Source: Octopus sinensis
Lineage: Eukaryota
Reading direction: 5' to 3'
DNA: 64,000 bases
NCBI RefSeq assembly: GCF_006345805.1
Contig: NC_043026.1
Coordinates: 12,689,579 to 12,753,578 of the forward strand
Made by a program: the position numbers and the translations under genes
Shown here: positions 50,813 to 63,574 of the stretch, one piece after another
Position numbering within the stretch: the stretch's first letter is position 1
Layout of the letters: each line of letters starts with the position of its first letter
Notes under the pieces: generated by a model
Database searches by the model: none
What the model saw: only the letters and a program-made list of their open reading frames with translations
What the model was told of the DNA's origin: nothing

Positions 50813-51454
50813 GAGAGAGAATGTTCCCTTTCTTCTACCCCTGTAGCATAGGCAACATGGCTTGTCCCAGTAATGTCAGAGACATAAAGATCATTTTCTT
50901 CTGTTTTACTTGTTGGCTGCCACAGTTGTATCATTTCCCTCTTGTCCTGTCTTCTCAGAGATGTTTATACACTGGACAACATAACTAACCCCTGTCTTTA
51001 CCTATCAACAACTCTAAATCGTTGTTTTGCTGATAATTCTAAATGAAACCCAATTCACCTTTGATGTATTCTTTGGGGAGGGGTTTGACCTTTTTCTACT
51101 TTTAATGTTTTTTCTTTCTTTTATTTTTGTAAAAATCTGTATCTGAATAGAAATTCTATATTCTGTGGAAGTAAATTGTCCTTAGAAAAGTGTATTTTAT
51201 GATAGAAACCCGAAATAATGACAGTAATATACAAATATTTAATGAAACCTGTTTGATATTCGATTGGGGTGTTCCCGTGTGGGTCTCAGCAACTTGTGTA
51301 CCCATTAAATTGTGAATGATTCACTCAGTTTTGTTGATCCACATCATGACAGCATCCATGCACAGAAGGGCAATGGATGCTGAATAAAAGGAAGAAAGGT
51401 GACAATGTGGGATTAGTGATGGTTTATTTACATCCTATTTTGCTCATCTTCCAT

Positions 51455-51720
51455 CATCATCATCATCATCATCATTTAGCGTCCGCTTTCCATGCTGGCA
51501 TGGGTTGAACGGTTCAACTGGGGTCTGGGAAGCCAGAAGGCTTCACCAGGCTCCAGTATGATCTGGCAGTGTTTCTACGGCTGGATGCCCTTCCTAATGC
51601 CCACCACTCCGAGAGTGTAATGAGTGATTTTTACTTGCCGCCCACACAGGTGCCAGACGGGGCTAGCAAACGGCCACGGACGGATGTTGCTCGTTACATG
51701 CCACCGGCACGGGGGCCACA
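51455..51720 (-). mobile_element. RTE-family 3' terminal fragment
   Basis: (CAT)n tail followed by the reverse complement of a sequence similar to 28680-28800 (GGCTGGATGCCCTTCCTAATGCC). Confidence 0.7.
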
Positions 51721-52129
51721 CGAGGCTGGCAGAAACAAATTTAGAGATCATGATTAACTATTAACGAATCTCTTTTACATAACACTCCACAGCCACTTTT
51801 ATGAAGAACAGTCAGAAGTGCTTTTCACCACTAGAGGAACGAGTCTTAACACTCTGCTATGGAGTTTGGGGTTGTTTTTTTTTGTACAGCAAGGCATCAG
51901 GATCCTCTGCCTTTTGTCATATCACATGAAAGGTTCAGCATTCTGAGTTTGCACTTTGGTATTTCATTACCCCCCTCCCACAATCGACCGCAGGACTTAT
52001 ACTTTGTAAGCCTACTACTTATTCTATCGCTCTCGTTTGTTGAAAATGGCAGCTGAACGCAGATTGTCCCATACTTTCTCTTTCCGTCTGCCCTCCACTG
52101 ACAAACCCAGCTCTCTCTCTCCCCTGTGA

Positions 52130-54025
52130 TAGAGCTACATCCATCTTCCTGTTGTAATTAGTCGACGTTGGAGAGGAGAGGATGTTGCGCCAACCAAAAG
52201 GGAACAATTGTGGATGGAGGGAAGAAAAGAAGGAAGAGAGGAAGAAAAGCCCTTGTGCAGGCCCAGACCCCGAAACTGTTTCTGCAGGGCAGCTTGGTTG
52301 CAGGAATCTGGGGGAGAATTTGACATTGAACAAGCATTCGAGTTACCTGAAGATTAGGTTTGTCAAGGTATTGGAGGGACAACAGGAATCTGTAAGAGGG
52401 ACTAAATCTCAGAAAATACAACAGATTAGGAATCGACAAGGAATTCCTAAGTGTAGAAAAAACCTTGGTGGGTCACAATTAATTGAAGGTTATTTTAAAA
52501 GTTGTTTCAAGGTCAGCCACTTTGGATCTAAAGATGGACACAAAAGCTAGGTCAGTAACTGGGTCTCCAAGGGAGCACCACGCTGATGAAGGACGAATCG
52601 CGTTTGAGGGAAGGGAGTCAACAAATAATTTTGTTGCTTGCTCATGGCAAGGTGGGTGGTTGAGGGGCCAGAGCTCACATTTGGGTTAGGGTCATCATTC
52701 TCGCTGTTGGAAGCACCTTGTCAGGAGGGCCTCCCAAAGAAGCATCATTGAGGTACCAGACATTTAGGTCTAGGTCAGCTTTCATCTTGGGAATATCTTC
52801 AATGCCCAACGTGAATAGGGAACAATCAAGTGCATCACCCTGTTGGACACCAGAGGCAGATGGGATGAGGTGGTCACCAAATGAGAGGTTGGAGGGCTCA
52901 TGATAGGCTTGCAAGCAAAGTGATAAACTGGTGGGGAATCCCCCTTACTGCGCAGAGGATGACGTCTCGACTGATGGAGTTAAAAGCATCCTTATGGTCA
53001 AGTTTGGGAATGACATTCAGAAGGCAAGTTGGTGAAAGCCCTGGTGGCATGAGCAGCCAACTCACAGCCTAGCTAAGTACCCACTCCTAGCTGAATAGGG
53101 GAAAATTCCTCAGTCAGGCAGTGACAGAGTACAATCAACTGCTATGGGGTGGAGGTCACCATTGGGCTTCATGAGACCAAATACCTTGTCCCCAAAGAAC
53201 AGGGGACGAATGTAGGCAAGGACACTCTCGAAATAGTAAAATGTTATGAATTGTGTAAGGTTCTCCATGAGTGCGATTCCAGCATCACCGGCTGACAGGT
53301 TGATATCATCCTTGAAATGCTGAAGTCATAAGCCATCGATTCTAGCACTAGAACCTGCCAGAAATGTGACAATTGCCTCCCTCATATTGTCAGGGGTGAA
53401 GATGGGATGTAGAAAACTTGGTGGGTTGGGCAAGTGTAGGTGATCATCTGGAGGGAGCAGAGAATGTTTCTCCTCCTGTTGGTTAAGGGAGTCTGTGATA
53501 CACAGGATGAGGGAGGATAGAGAGGAAAGAAGGGGAACACTCCCTTTAGAGTCTAATTCTCTGAATTTGGTATTAACAACCTTCTTTATGTTAGGTGGTC
53601 GACCAGTGCTTGGGTTTGAACTGATGACCGACCCGAGATGACCACTGGTTGAGGTAGATTCGAACAGCAGTTTCGGGGAAGAAGTGAGGGATCCGTTATT
53701 CCCATTCATTGCGTAGAGGGAAACCAAAGGGAATAGGAACAGTTGCTGCCAATCGGAAGACTTTCTGCGGCAGTTTTGAGAGAACACAGACAAAATAAGT
53801 CTCAGCAGCCTTAGGGATCCGATTGATGAACTTCAGCTGGGACAAACGCTGAAGAATGGCAGCAAAATCATCAACAGGGATCTGGACTTCAGGGTAAGGT
53901 TCTGTCCTACAAGGGATGTCGGAACTAAAGCGACATCAGTTGTATGTCCAGTTAAAAAGACTTTTGCTTTGAACCTGAGTAATGCTGACGCAGTTCCTGC
54001 GATGACTTGGACTACACAAGTGGCA
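52130..54025 (-). mobile_element. Decayed CRE-clade non-LTR retrotransposon, N-terminal region plus RT
   Basis: Motifs read by hand across stops and frameshifts: RIPK; AIVTFLAGSSARIDGL*LQHFKD; FFGDKVFGLMKPNGDLHPIAV; PIQLGVGT*LGCELAAHATR; KLDHKDAFNSISRDVILCAV; SASGVQQGD; LNVWYLNDASLGG; SIPNLLYFLRFSP; QAALQKQFRGLGL. These follow the CRE-type RT pattern. Confidence 0.8.
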
Positions 54026-54029
54026 TGTG

Positions 54030-54548
54030 ATCATCATCATCATTGTTCGACCGTGGTCGAGACAATGGAATTTACCATGCTACGCCAGACTTCACGGTCC
54101 ATCATGGCATAATGGAGGTCTTGTTGCTGGATGCCTGTATCCCTGGAGATTACATCAGGGTAGGAGAGTGTGCGCCCTCTGGTATTGAGCAGATGGCTTC
54201 CAGAGAAGAGTAGAAATTGCCTCGTTTTCAGCTCTACAACAATGTCCAGCAAACTGGACTCTCCTACCTTTCACAAGAGATATCACAGGTGGTAGTTTCC
54301 CATATATTTGCATTTTGGTTGGATGGCGCTTCCACGAGAGATTTTGAGCTCTGATAAGGAGGCGAGTGTAGGTTCCATCCAACCGCCTCTCAAGCTTCTT
54401 TGATAAAGTCCAGGTTTCTGAGCCATATAGTTGAATTGGTTCGACTGTGGCTTTGATGAGACCAAGGCATGTGATGGTAGCTTGTACAGTTGCAGAGGAC
54501 ACAGCTTGGAGGTGAATTAGCAGCATCAGAGGGGTCAGCATAAGAGGT
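54030..54548 (-). mobile_element. Inverted twin of the RTE/RTE-X-like fragment
   Basis: Reverse complement of 37300-37822 with a frameshift and an (ATC)n tail. Confidence 0.8.
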
Positions 54549-54563
54549 AGAATTCAGATGGGG

Positions 54564-54782
54564 CAGCGAGCTGGTAGAAACGTTAGCACGCCGGGCGAAA
54601 TGCTTAGTGGTATTTCGTCTGCCGTTACGTTCTGAGTTCAAATTCCGCCGAGGTCGACTGTACATTTTATCCTTTCAAGGTCGATAAATTAAGTACCAGT
54701 TACGCACTGGGGTCGATGTAATCGACTTAATTCTTTTGTCTGTCCCCTCTATGTTTAGACCCTTGTGGGCAATGAAGAAATA
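54564..54782 (+). mobile_element. Inverted twin of the family B SINE
   Basis: Same element with the same TSD (AGAATTCAGATGGGG). Confidence 0.85.
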
Positions 54783-56539
54783 AGAATTCAGATGGGGTGG
54801 GGGACAATAGCGCTGGAGCTAGAGGGGGTGGTTGAGTGGTGATGCAGGCAGGGTGGGGTGAATAAGGGGAGTAGGGAGAAGGTTAGCGATGGAGGTAGAG
54901 TGGGGAGCAGGACGAAGAGCGTTAATACTGGCAGTGGGGGTAGGAGACGATGGTGGTTAAGTTGGCAATTACTGGAGTTGTGGGCTGAATAAAGGGATGA
55001 GCAGGACAAATACCCACCAAATCTCACGCTAGAAGGGATCGGAGCATGTGGGGAAGGAGAGGATGAAGGGTGGCAGGGTGTGATGAAGCAGTTTAACCAT
55101 CTGGAAAATTACAAAATTTCAAAGAAGATGTTTGTAGGCTTTTCCTTTCCCTGTGTGTTCTCTCTCCACTTCATGTTTGTAGAGAATTTCATTGAAAACA
55201 CATTTTTTTGTTTTGAAAGACAGGAGGAAACAAAGTGGAGAGGAGTTGTGTAGGTATGCCAATTATGGTTATATCAGAATTAAAATTGTTTTCTTTACAT
55301 TTTCCAATTGCTCTTTATTTACCCAAAAATATAATGCTATTTATTGCCAAATGATTCGCATGTTTGATGGCATGGAAGACGTACCGTTTCCATTAAAAGG
55401 TGTTTCAAAAACAAATCACCCCTTATCCAAGGTGATATAAATATTTATTTACAGCAAAGAAAATTACTGTAGAACAGTAAATTTCTAAGATTTTCACAAA
55501 GCAAAAAGAAAAAAAAACTTGGATTTTTTGCGTGGAGTCAAATACCTCTTAATATGCTGCAAATCCCTTATTTGGGTTCAGAAAAAAAGTGGGGAGGGAG
55601 ACCCCTTCCCACCCTGGAATCATTGGATATTTTTGTCTTTTTTCGTTGGATGAAGTTCTGTGACCTCGTAATATGCTACAATGCTTTTTGGGGACTGTAA
55701 AACGGGGTGAAGTGAGGAGGAAGCCTCAGAAATTTCACCTAAACACCCACTAATCTTTTCACCTGCATGAAAAAAGTGGGGATAGCAGCTTTGTTCATCT
55801 AATTGCTTCATCAGAAGCAAATTGACACAGAGGAATAAGAAGCAAGCTGAAATAAACAAGCAAACATAGATCAAAGCCCAGCATCAACAAAGACCTTGGA
55901 TGCAATTAATAAACGAGAAGCAATCAAACATACATATTTAGGTACATATAAAAACCAAGTCAGCAAGTTTCAGTGTTGAAGACATATTTATTTAACCACG
56001 TCACCTCCACACGATTTCACAATCTTCTTCATGGAGTATATATTTTCAGTATGCAAGAAATTGTGTCTTGCTAAAAACCCAGTTACTCTAAAAGATGTTC
56101 ACCTGGATTTCTCCACCATCTGCTCTCATGATGCTGCACTGCCTCACACGTTTCTCCTCTTTTAGATTTCAGCTTTAATATCAAGGGGCCTCTCGTGTCT
56201 GCTACATTCTGCTACACACACAACTATATTTATCTGCACATCACTGTTTCCACTCCTCACAATTGTCTAATCTAGTGCTTCCTAAAATGGGAATATTTAT
56301 GGTTATACAAATTATTTTCTACACACAATTCTAACAAATACCTGTGCCCAGCAAAACTATGTGTATCCCAGGTAAGTGCTTACAAAAAGGGTTGGCATCA
56401 TAAACAATACCTCAAAAAGGAACCCTGATGATTATGAATGTTACCAAGAGTTCATCAGTTACTGACAATGCCCACAAGGAGAAAGGGTTCTAAAATGTCT
56501 GTTGCTGTGTGCTGCAAAGATATTTGATAAATAATACAG

Positions 56540-59167
56540 TCAAATTCTTGTATGGATAGATACATGTGCAGTTAAGTAACGTTTCTGAGAGAATGATTTA
56601 CCACAGAAATCACAGCAAAAAGGCCTCTCTCCTGTATGAACACGTTTGTGGGAAGATAAATGACAATTTTGAGAGTATGATTTACCACAGATAACACAGT
56701 GAAATGGTTTCTCTCCTGTATGAATACGTTTGTGAGAAGTTAACTGACAATTTTGAGGGAATGATTTACCACAGATATCACAGTGAAATGGCTTTTCTCC
56801 TGTGTGAATACGCTTGTGTTTATTTAATGTAGTACTTTCAGAGAATGATTTACTGCAGATATCACACTGATAAGGTTTCTCTCCTGTATGAACACGTTTG
56901 TGTGAAGTTAAAGTATCACTTCGAGAAAATGATTTACCACAGACATCACATTGATATGGATTCTCTCCTGTGTGAATACGTTTGTGTACAATTAAGTTAC
57001 TTCCGTCAGAGAATGATTTACCACAGATATTACAGTGATACGGCTTTTCTCCTGTATGAATTCGTTTGTGTCCAATTAAATTACTGCTTACAGAGAATGA
57101 TTTACCACAGATATCACATTGAAATGGTTTCTCTCCTGTGTGAATACGTCCGTGTTGAGTTAAATGACTGTTTGTAGGAAATGATTTACCACAGATATCA
57201 CACGGAAATGGCTTATCTCCTGTGTGATTACGTTTGTGACTAATTAAGGCACTTCTATCAGAGAATGATTTCCCACAGACATCACACGCATATGGCTTCT
57301 CACCTGTATGAATACGTTTGTGTATAATTAAGGCACTTCTGTGAGAGAATGATTTACCACAAATATCACAGTGATACGGTTTTTCTCCTGTATGAATTCT
57401 TTTGTGTTCAATTAAAATACTGTTTACAGAGAATGATTTACCACAGATATCACACGGAAATGGTTTCTCTCCTGTATGAACACGTTTGTGACTAATTAAG
57501 GCACTTCTATCAGAGAATGGTTTCCCACAGACATCACACTCATATGGTTTCTCACCTGTATGAAGACGCATGTGTCTAGTTAAACTGTTCTTTCCAGAGA
57601 ATGATTTACCACAGATATTACAGTTATATGGTGTCTCTCCTGTATGAATACGCTTATGAGTAGTTAACACACTATTTTGAGAGAATGATTTACCACAGAC
57701 ATCACACTGAAACGGTTTTTCTCCTGTATGAACACGTTTGTGTTTAGTTAAGTCATTGCTTTGTATGAAGGATTTACCACAAATATCACAGTGAAATGGC
57801 TTCTCTCCTGTATGAATGAGTCTGCGTTTAGTTAAGCTAATTTCTATAGGAAATGATTTACTACAGATATTACAGTGATATGGTTTCTCTCCTGTATGAA
57901 CACGTTTGTGTACAATTAAGGCACTTCCGTAAGAGAATGATTTACCACAGATATTACAGTGAAATGGTTTCTCCCTCGTGTGAATACGCCTGTGTATAAT
58001 TAAGGCACCACTTGCAGTGAATGGTTTCCCACAGATATCACAGGCAAATGGCTTCTCTCCTGTATGAACATGTTTGTGTTTAGCTAAGCTAACTTGTATA
58101 GGAAATGATTTACCACAGATATTACGGTGAAATGGTGTCTCACCTGTGTGAATGAGCCTGTGTTTAGTTAAATTATTATTCTGAGAGAATGATTTACCAC
58201 AGATATCAAAGTGAAATGGCTTCTCTCCTCTATGAACACGTTTGTGTTTAGCTAAGTCACTGCTTTGAGCGAAGGATTTAGCACAAATATCACAGCTAAA
58301 TGGCTTCTTCCCCGTATGAATATGTTTGTGCCTAGTTAAGCTTACTTGTATAGGAAATGATTTGCCACAGATATCACAGTGAAATGGTTTTTCTCCTGTA
58401 TGAACACGTTTGTGTACAATTAAGGCACCACTTGAATTGAACGATTTACCACAAATATCACAGCGAAATGGTTTATCTCCTGTATGAACACGTTTATGTA
58501 TAATTAAGGCACTTCTCTCAGAGAATGGTTTCCCACAGACATCACACTCATATGGTTTCTCACCTGTATGAATACGTTTATGTTTAGTTAAGTTATTGCT
58601 TTGAGTGAAGGATTTACCACAAATATCACAGTGAAATTGCTTCTCTCCTGTATGAACACGTTTGTGATTAGTTAAGTTATTGCTTTGAGTGAAGGATTTA
58701 CCACAAATATCACAGCGAAATGGCTTCTCTCCTGTATGAACACGTTTGTGTTTAGTTAAGTCATTGCTTTGTATGAAGGATTTACCACAAATATCACAGC
58801 GAAATGGCTTCTCTCCGGAATGAACACATTTGTGTTTAGTTAAGTCATAGCTTTGAGAGTATGATTTATCACAGATATCACAGTGATATGGTTTCTCTCC
58901 TGTGTGAATACGTTTGTGAGTAGTTAACACACTATTTTGAGAGAATGATTTACCACAGATATCACAGTGATATGGTTTCTCCCCTGTATGAACACGTTTG
59001 TGAGAAGTTAAATGACAATTTTGAGAGAATGATTTACCACAGATATCACACTGGAACGGTTTTTCTCCTGTGTGAGTACGCTTGTGTCTATCTAATGCAA
59101 AACTTCCAGTGGTTGATTTACCACAGATATCACAACGATACAATGATTTTTGCATATTTGTCAGCAT
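56540..59167 (-). CDS. C2H2 zinc-finger array protein, unit 7 (31 finger units, 3 degenerate; 875 aa)
   Basis: 31 x 28-aa repeats. Ligand losses in fingers 12 (C>F), 13 (C>R) and 16 (H>R). Intact HVSIHTRI tail. Confidence 0.93.
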   Translation of the reverse strand: MLTNMQKSLYRCDICGKSTTGSFALDRHKRTHTGEKPFQCDICGKSFSQNCHLTSHKRVHTGEKPYHCDICGKSFSQNSVLTTHKRIHTGEKPYHCDICDKSYSQSYDLTKHKCVHSGEKPFRCDICGKSFIQSNDLTKHKRVHTGEKPFRCDICGKSFTQSNNLTNHKRVHTGEKQFHCDICGKSFTQSNNLTKHKRIHTGEKPYECDVCGKPFSERSALIIHKRVHTGDKPFRCDICGKSFNSSGALIVHKRVHTGEKPFHCDICGKSFPIQVSLTRHKHIHTGKKPFSCDICAKSFAQSSDLAKHKRVHRGEKPFHFDICGKSFSQNNNLTKHRLIHTGETPFHRNICGKSFPIQVSLAKHKHVHTGEKPFACDICGKPFTASGALIIHRRIHTREKPFHCNICGKSFSYGSALIVHKRVHTGEKPYHCNICSKSFPIEISLTKRRLIHTGEKPFHCDICGKSFIQSNDLTKHKRVHTGEKPFQCDVCGKSFSQNSVLTTHKRIHTGETPYNCNICGKSFSGKNSLTRHMRLHTGEKPYECDVCGKPFSDRSALISHKRVHTGEKPFPCDICGKSFSVNSILIEHKRIHTGEKPYHCDICGKSFSHRSALIIHKRIHTGEKPYACDVCGKSFSDRSALISHKRNHTGDKPFPCDICGKSFPTNSHLTQHGRIHTGEKPFQCDICGKSFSVSSNLIGHKRIHTGEKPYHCNICGKSFSDGSNLIVHKRIHTGENPYQCDVCGKSFSRSDTLTSHKRVHTGEKPYQCDICSKSFSESTTLNKHKRIHTGEKPFHCDICGKSFPQNCQLTSHKRIHTGEKPFHCVICGKSYSQNCHLSSHKRVHTGERPFCCDFCGKSFSQKRYLTAHVSIHTRI

Positions 59168-59656
59168 TTCTCTGAGGAATCAAAATAGACCCAATCCTTG
59201 GTCTTTCTCACCACATTAAACTTTTACTCCTATCTTTATCCTTCTTTTTATAGTTTATTCCTTACAAATATTTCCACTGCAAACTTCACTGATATCTAAA
59301 GATGCTATAAATTTAGAAAGTCATCAAAGAGTAACGAGAATGCAAAGCATCAGCTAATGAAATAGAAAAATGTTGCTATTAATCTCAGTTCAGAGCAAAC
59401 ATTTCATAGAATTTCTACCAAAGATTTATAGAAATAGGCTTAGATGCATTCTGTGTAAACTTTTCCTCAAGACTTTAAAAGATGAAAAATGTTGAAGATG
59501 TATTCATTATAAAAGGAAATTTCTTTGATGCCAATGTCATCCGTAAATCTGAAATGACAAAGAAACAGAATTAGATAGAGAGGAAAGATCAAAAGAGAAA
59601 TGTTAAAATATTTCTTTATTAATTAACAAATGACATCATATAACATTGGGTGAAAT

Positions 59657-60043
59657 GTAAGAATTTGTAAACTACAACTACTCTTTAACATTGTGTAACA
59701 TTACTCATGCATGCACATATATACATATCTATATCTACCTACGTATATATATATACATATATAAATTTATAAGTGATGAATTCAGGTAAGAATTTGTAAA
59801 CTACAACTACTCTTTAACATTGTGTAACATTACTCATGCATGCACATATATACATATCTCTATCTACCTACGTATATATATATACATATATAAATTTATA
59901 AGTGATGAATTCAGGTAAGAATTTGTAAACTACAACTACTCTTTAACATTGTGTAACATTACTCATGCATGCACATATATACATATCTCTATCTACCTAC
60001 GTATATATATATACATATATAAATTTATAAGTGATGAATTCAG
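59657..60043. repeat. Near-perfect 3 x 129-bp tandem repeat in the intron of unit 7
   Basis: GTAAGAATTTGTAAAC at 59657, 59786 and 59915. Confidence 0.9.
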
Positions 60044-60475
60044 GTTAGGCGGGGAATAATATTTTGATTTTTGGGGGCTTCATTTTTGAGAACTCCCTGA
60101 AAATATGTGGTTAGGGTCACAGAACAATGATATAAACATTTTTGCAATTTCAATTTTGGTAACTCCCCAAACCGAAAGGATCCCGCATTTCTGTAGTTAT
60201 GCCCTAAATTTACTGACAAAATATACATTATTAAACGATTAAAGGACTCAAAAGAAAATTACACAAATCGGGTGTCAAAAGGGGAAATATCGTTTACCAA
60301 AAGGAAAGCCGTTGTGAGGGAGGTCTTCCTGCTTGTCTTCAGGAATACTTAAAAAGCTGACAAATGTCTGTAGATATAGACTAACCTCCTATGGTTCAGT
60401 TTCTTGTCTTAGATATCACACACCTCCGTTAACAAGTGTACAACAAATGCTATGTAGATATATTTTTTCACTTAC

Positions 60476-60671
60476 CATTAGAATACTTGTTGATCTGACC
60501 AGGATCCTTTCTTGAAATCCAGTTTGTTTTTCCCACCATGGATAGTAGAAATGCGCACAATATTTGCTACAAAGGGGCATACAAACAATTCGTGCTTTCG
60601 GTCTAAGGTCCAAATGAAATATGAAGAAGGGCGAGCAAAGTTCCTCGATTCAAAGCTTTTTGCCCCCTTTC
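60476..60671 (-). other. Predicted upstream 5' UTR exon of unit 7
   Basis: Reverse complement of the same exon; next exon opens at 59548. Confidence 0.65.
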
Positions 60672-61822
60672 CTGTAAAATAGGGATCAACCAACTAAAGC
60701 TGTGATCAAGAGAAATATTAAATCACAAATCATGTAAGTCGCTTCGTGTTATTCCTAGAGATCAACGTTCACCTGAACACGAGGTATTACTACATCTGAT
60801 ATAATTAGATTCGGCTTAATTAGAAGCACGTGTAGAAGCTGTTGATAATTATTCCCGCGGTTGAACGACACCGGTGTCATATATTAAAAGTCCCCAATAT
60901 AACACGAAGAGACGTTAAAATTATATTAATTCACACCTTTAATTGCATCTCAGCCAAGGTAAATGATAAAAACCTCATCCAGCTAAATAGTAATTACGTC
61001 TCAACAAGAGTGTCTGCGCATGGTCACTGAACCTGCTAAAAATAGCAGCCAAATATTTCTGACATCATTACATCTTAGCATTAGAATGCATATAATCGTA
61101 TGTTTGTTCATTAAACGGACATATGATTAGAAACACAGCAGGTGCTGTTCCCTACGCCTTTATCAGGGGTCGCCAAACTATTTCGACCTTCGACCCTCAA
61201 CTATAGCAAAGATCGAAACGGAGCCCTTCCCGGCTTTCAAATTCCTTTTTTGTTTTTTTTTCTCTCCGGAATCCCATGTTTTTAGGCCATGGAAATTTCG
61301 ATTCTGGAAAAGATTTTTTCAACAATCCCAACATCAAAATCTCAGTCCCATATCCCTTTCCTTCGTTTTTTTTTTTTACTTTATCCTGAAATAAAGGGGG
61401 AAGGGTTCTGTTTACGGCGGGGGTGAAGACAATTGAGCCACTTTCCGATGTTTTCTAACGTAGACGTTACATCTTTTGGCGACTGCAATTCCCTCCCCCC
61501 GACGCTATGTATTTCCGCTTCCGCTGCAAGCTTTATGGATGCCAAGAAAGACCAAGAATTCGTTTTGCTCTTCTTTTGACCGAGATTTGTTGAAATCAAA
61601 TCTATTTCCACACCAAATACTGATTTGTATATCGTAACAGGTAAGATATACATACATATTTATCTCTATACACAGTAGGTAGACCTCTTATCCGGCTTCT
61701 AGGAATCCCTGGATACTCAGCAATGATATGTATGATACAGGTGCAAGTCTCTTAAATTCTTTGGTCGTAACTCCCCTGAAACTAGCAAGAGACTCGACTA
61801 AAATATATTTTGGTATGGAATC

Positions 61823-62730
61823 AAGTACTAGTTACGCACTGGAATCGATGTAATCGATTTAATCCCATTGTCTGTCCTTGTTTGTCCCCTCTGTGTTTAG
61901 CCCCTTGTGGGTAGTAAAGAAGTATAACTCTGTGTCAGGGTGTGGAGGGGTGATAGGTATTTGACTGTTATGTATGTCAGGTCGATTAAATAAGTACCAG
62001 TTACGCACTGGAATCGATGTAATCGATTTAATCCCATTGTCTGTCCTTGTTTGTCCCCTCTGTGTTTAGCCCCTTGTGGGTAGTAAAGAAATATATCTCT
62101 GTGTCAGGGGGTGGAGGGGTGATAGGTATTTGACTGTTATGTATGTCAGGTCGATTAAATAAGTACCAGTTACGCACTGGGGTCGATGTAATCGACTTAA
62201 TCCTTTTGTCTGTCCTTGTTTGTCCCCTCTGTGTTTAGCCCCTTGTGGGTAGTAAAGAAATATATCTGTGTCAGGGGGTGGAGGGGTGATAGGTATTTGA
62301 CTGTTATGTATGTCAGGTCGATTAAATAAGTACCAGTTACGCACTGGGGTCGATATAATCGACTTAATCCCTTTGTCTGTCCCCTCTGTGTTTAGCCCCT
62401 TGTGGGTAGTAAAGAAGTATATCTCTGTGTCAGGGTGTAGAGGAGTGATAGGTATTTGACTGTTATGTATGTCAGGTCACTTAAATAAGTACCAGTTACG
62501 CACTGGGGGTCAATGTAATTGACTTAATCCCTTTGTCTGTCCTTGTTTGTCCCCTCTGTGTTTAGCCCCTTGTGGGTAGTAAAGAAGTATATCTCTGTGG
62601 AGGGGTGATAGGTATTTGACTGTTATGTATGTCAGGTCAATTAAATAAGTACCAGTTACGCACTGAGGTCAATGTAATCGACTTAATCCCTTTGTCTGTC
62701 CTTGTTTAGCCCCTTGTGGGTAGTAAAGCA
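61823..62730 (+). repeat. Tandem array of about 5.5 units of 159-169 bp, derived from the 3' half of SINE family B
   Basis: AAGTAC(C/T)AGTTACGCACTG at 61823, 61992, 62161, 62328, 62487 and 62647. Confidence 0.9.
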
Positions 62731-63167
62731 ATGCATTTTTTGGTATGGAGTTCCCTTCCTTGCGCCTCCCCACTAAGGGTCAGAATATTTATATTTATTT
62801 CTTTACTACCCACAAGGGGCTAAACACAGAATATTTGTATTGACAGTTTTACCTTTCGAATATTTCTCTCATAACTTTTTTTTAATTATTTTTTGGAATT
62901 TTCGTAAAATCTTTGCGTCTTTTGCATTGTAGCTTGGGAATGAATAGGATCGTGCAAAAAATTCCAGTTCTTTCGGAATGAGGAATCCAATTAAATGCTG
63001 AAAAATAACGGAGGATGAAGTTAATGGTGGTTGCTGTTTGGGTACTACTTGAGAAGTGGTCCCCGTGCGCGCACTCGCGTACCCGCGCTAGCTAGTCGTG
63101 ACTAGTCGATCCTTTGTATGTTATTTACTTTGTTTAAAAAATTATTTATTTTGTGTCTTATTCACTT

Positions 63168-63369
63168 TACTCTTTTACTTGTTTCAGTCATCTGACTGCG
63201 GCCATGCTGGAGCACCGCCTTTAATCGAGCAACTCCACCGCAGGACTTATTCTTTTGTAAGCCCAGTACTTATTCTATCAGTCTCTTTTGCCGAACCGCT
63301 AAGTATCGGAGACATAAACACACCAGCATCGGTTGCCAAGCAATGCTAGGGGGACAAACACAAATACCC

Positions 63370-63412
<43 letters not shown>

Positions 63413-63574
63413 TACATATATACGACGGGCTTCTTTCAGTTTCCATCTACCAAATCCACTCACAAGGCTTTGGTCGGCCCGGGGCTATAGCAGAAGACAC
63501 TTGCCCAAGATGTCACGCAGTGGGACTGAACCCGGAACCATGTGGTTGGTTAGCAAGCTAGTTACCATACAGCC
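63168..63574 (-). mobile_element. Family A SINE nested in the Mutator-like element
   Basis: Full body plus head; a further head fragment lies at about 63770-63895. Confidence 0.8.

Larger units (their letters stand above)
49905..61455 (-). repeat. Inverted arm B (unit 7 plus flank) pairing with arm A 28829-38895
   Basis: 35340-37822 matches 54030-56520 and 38003-38895 matches 49905-50812 as reverse complements, including the same SINE with the same TSD and the same LINE fragment. Confidence 0.9.
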
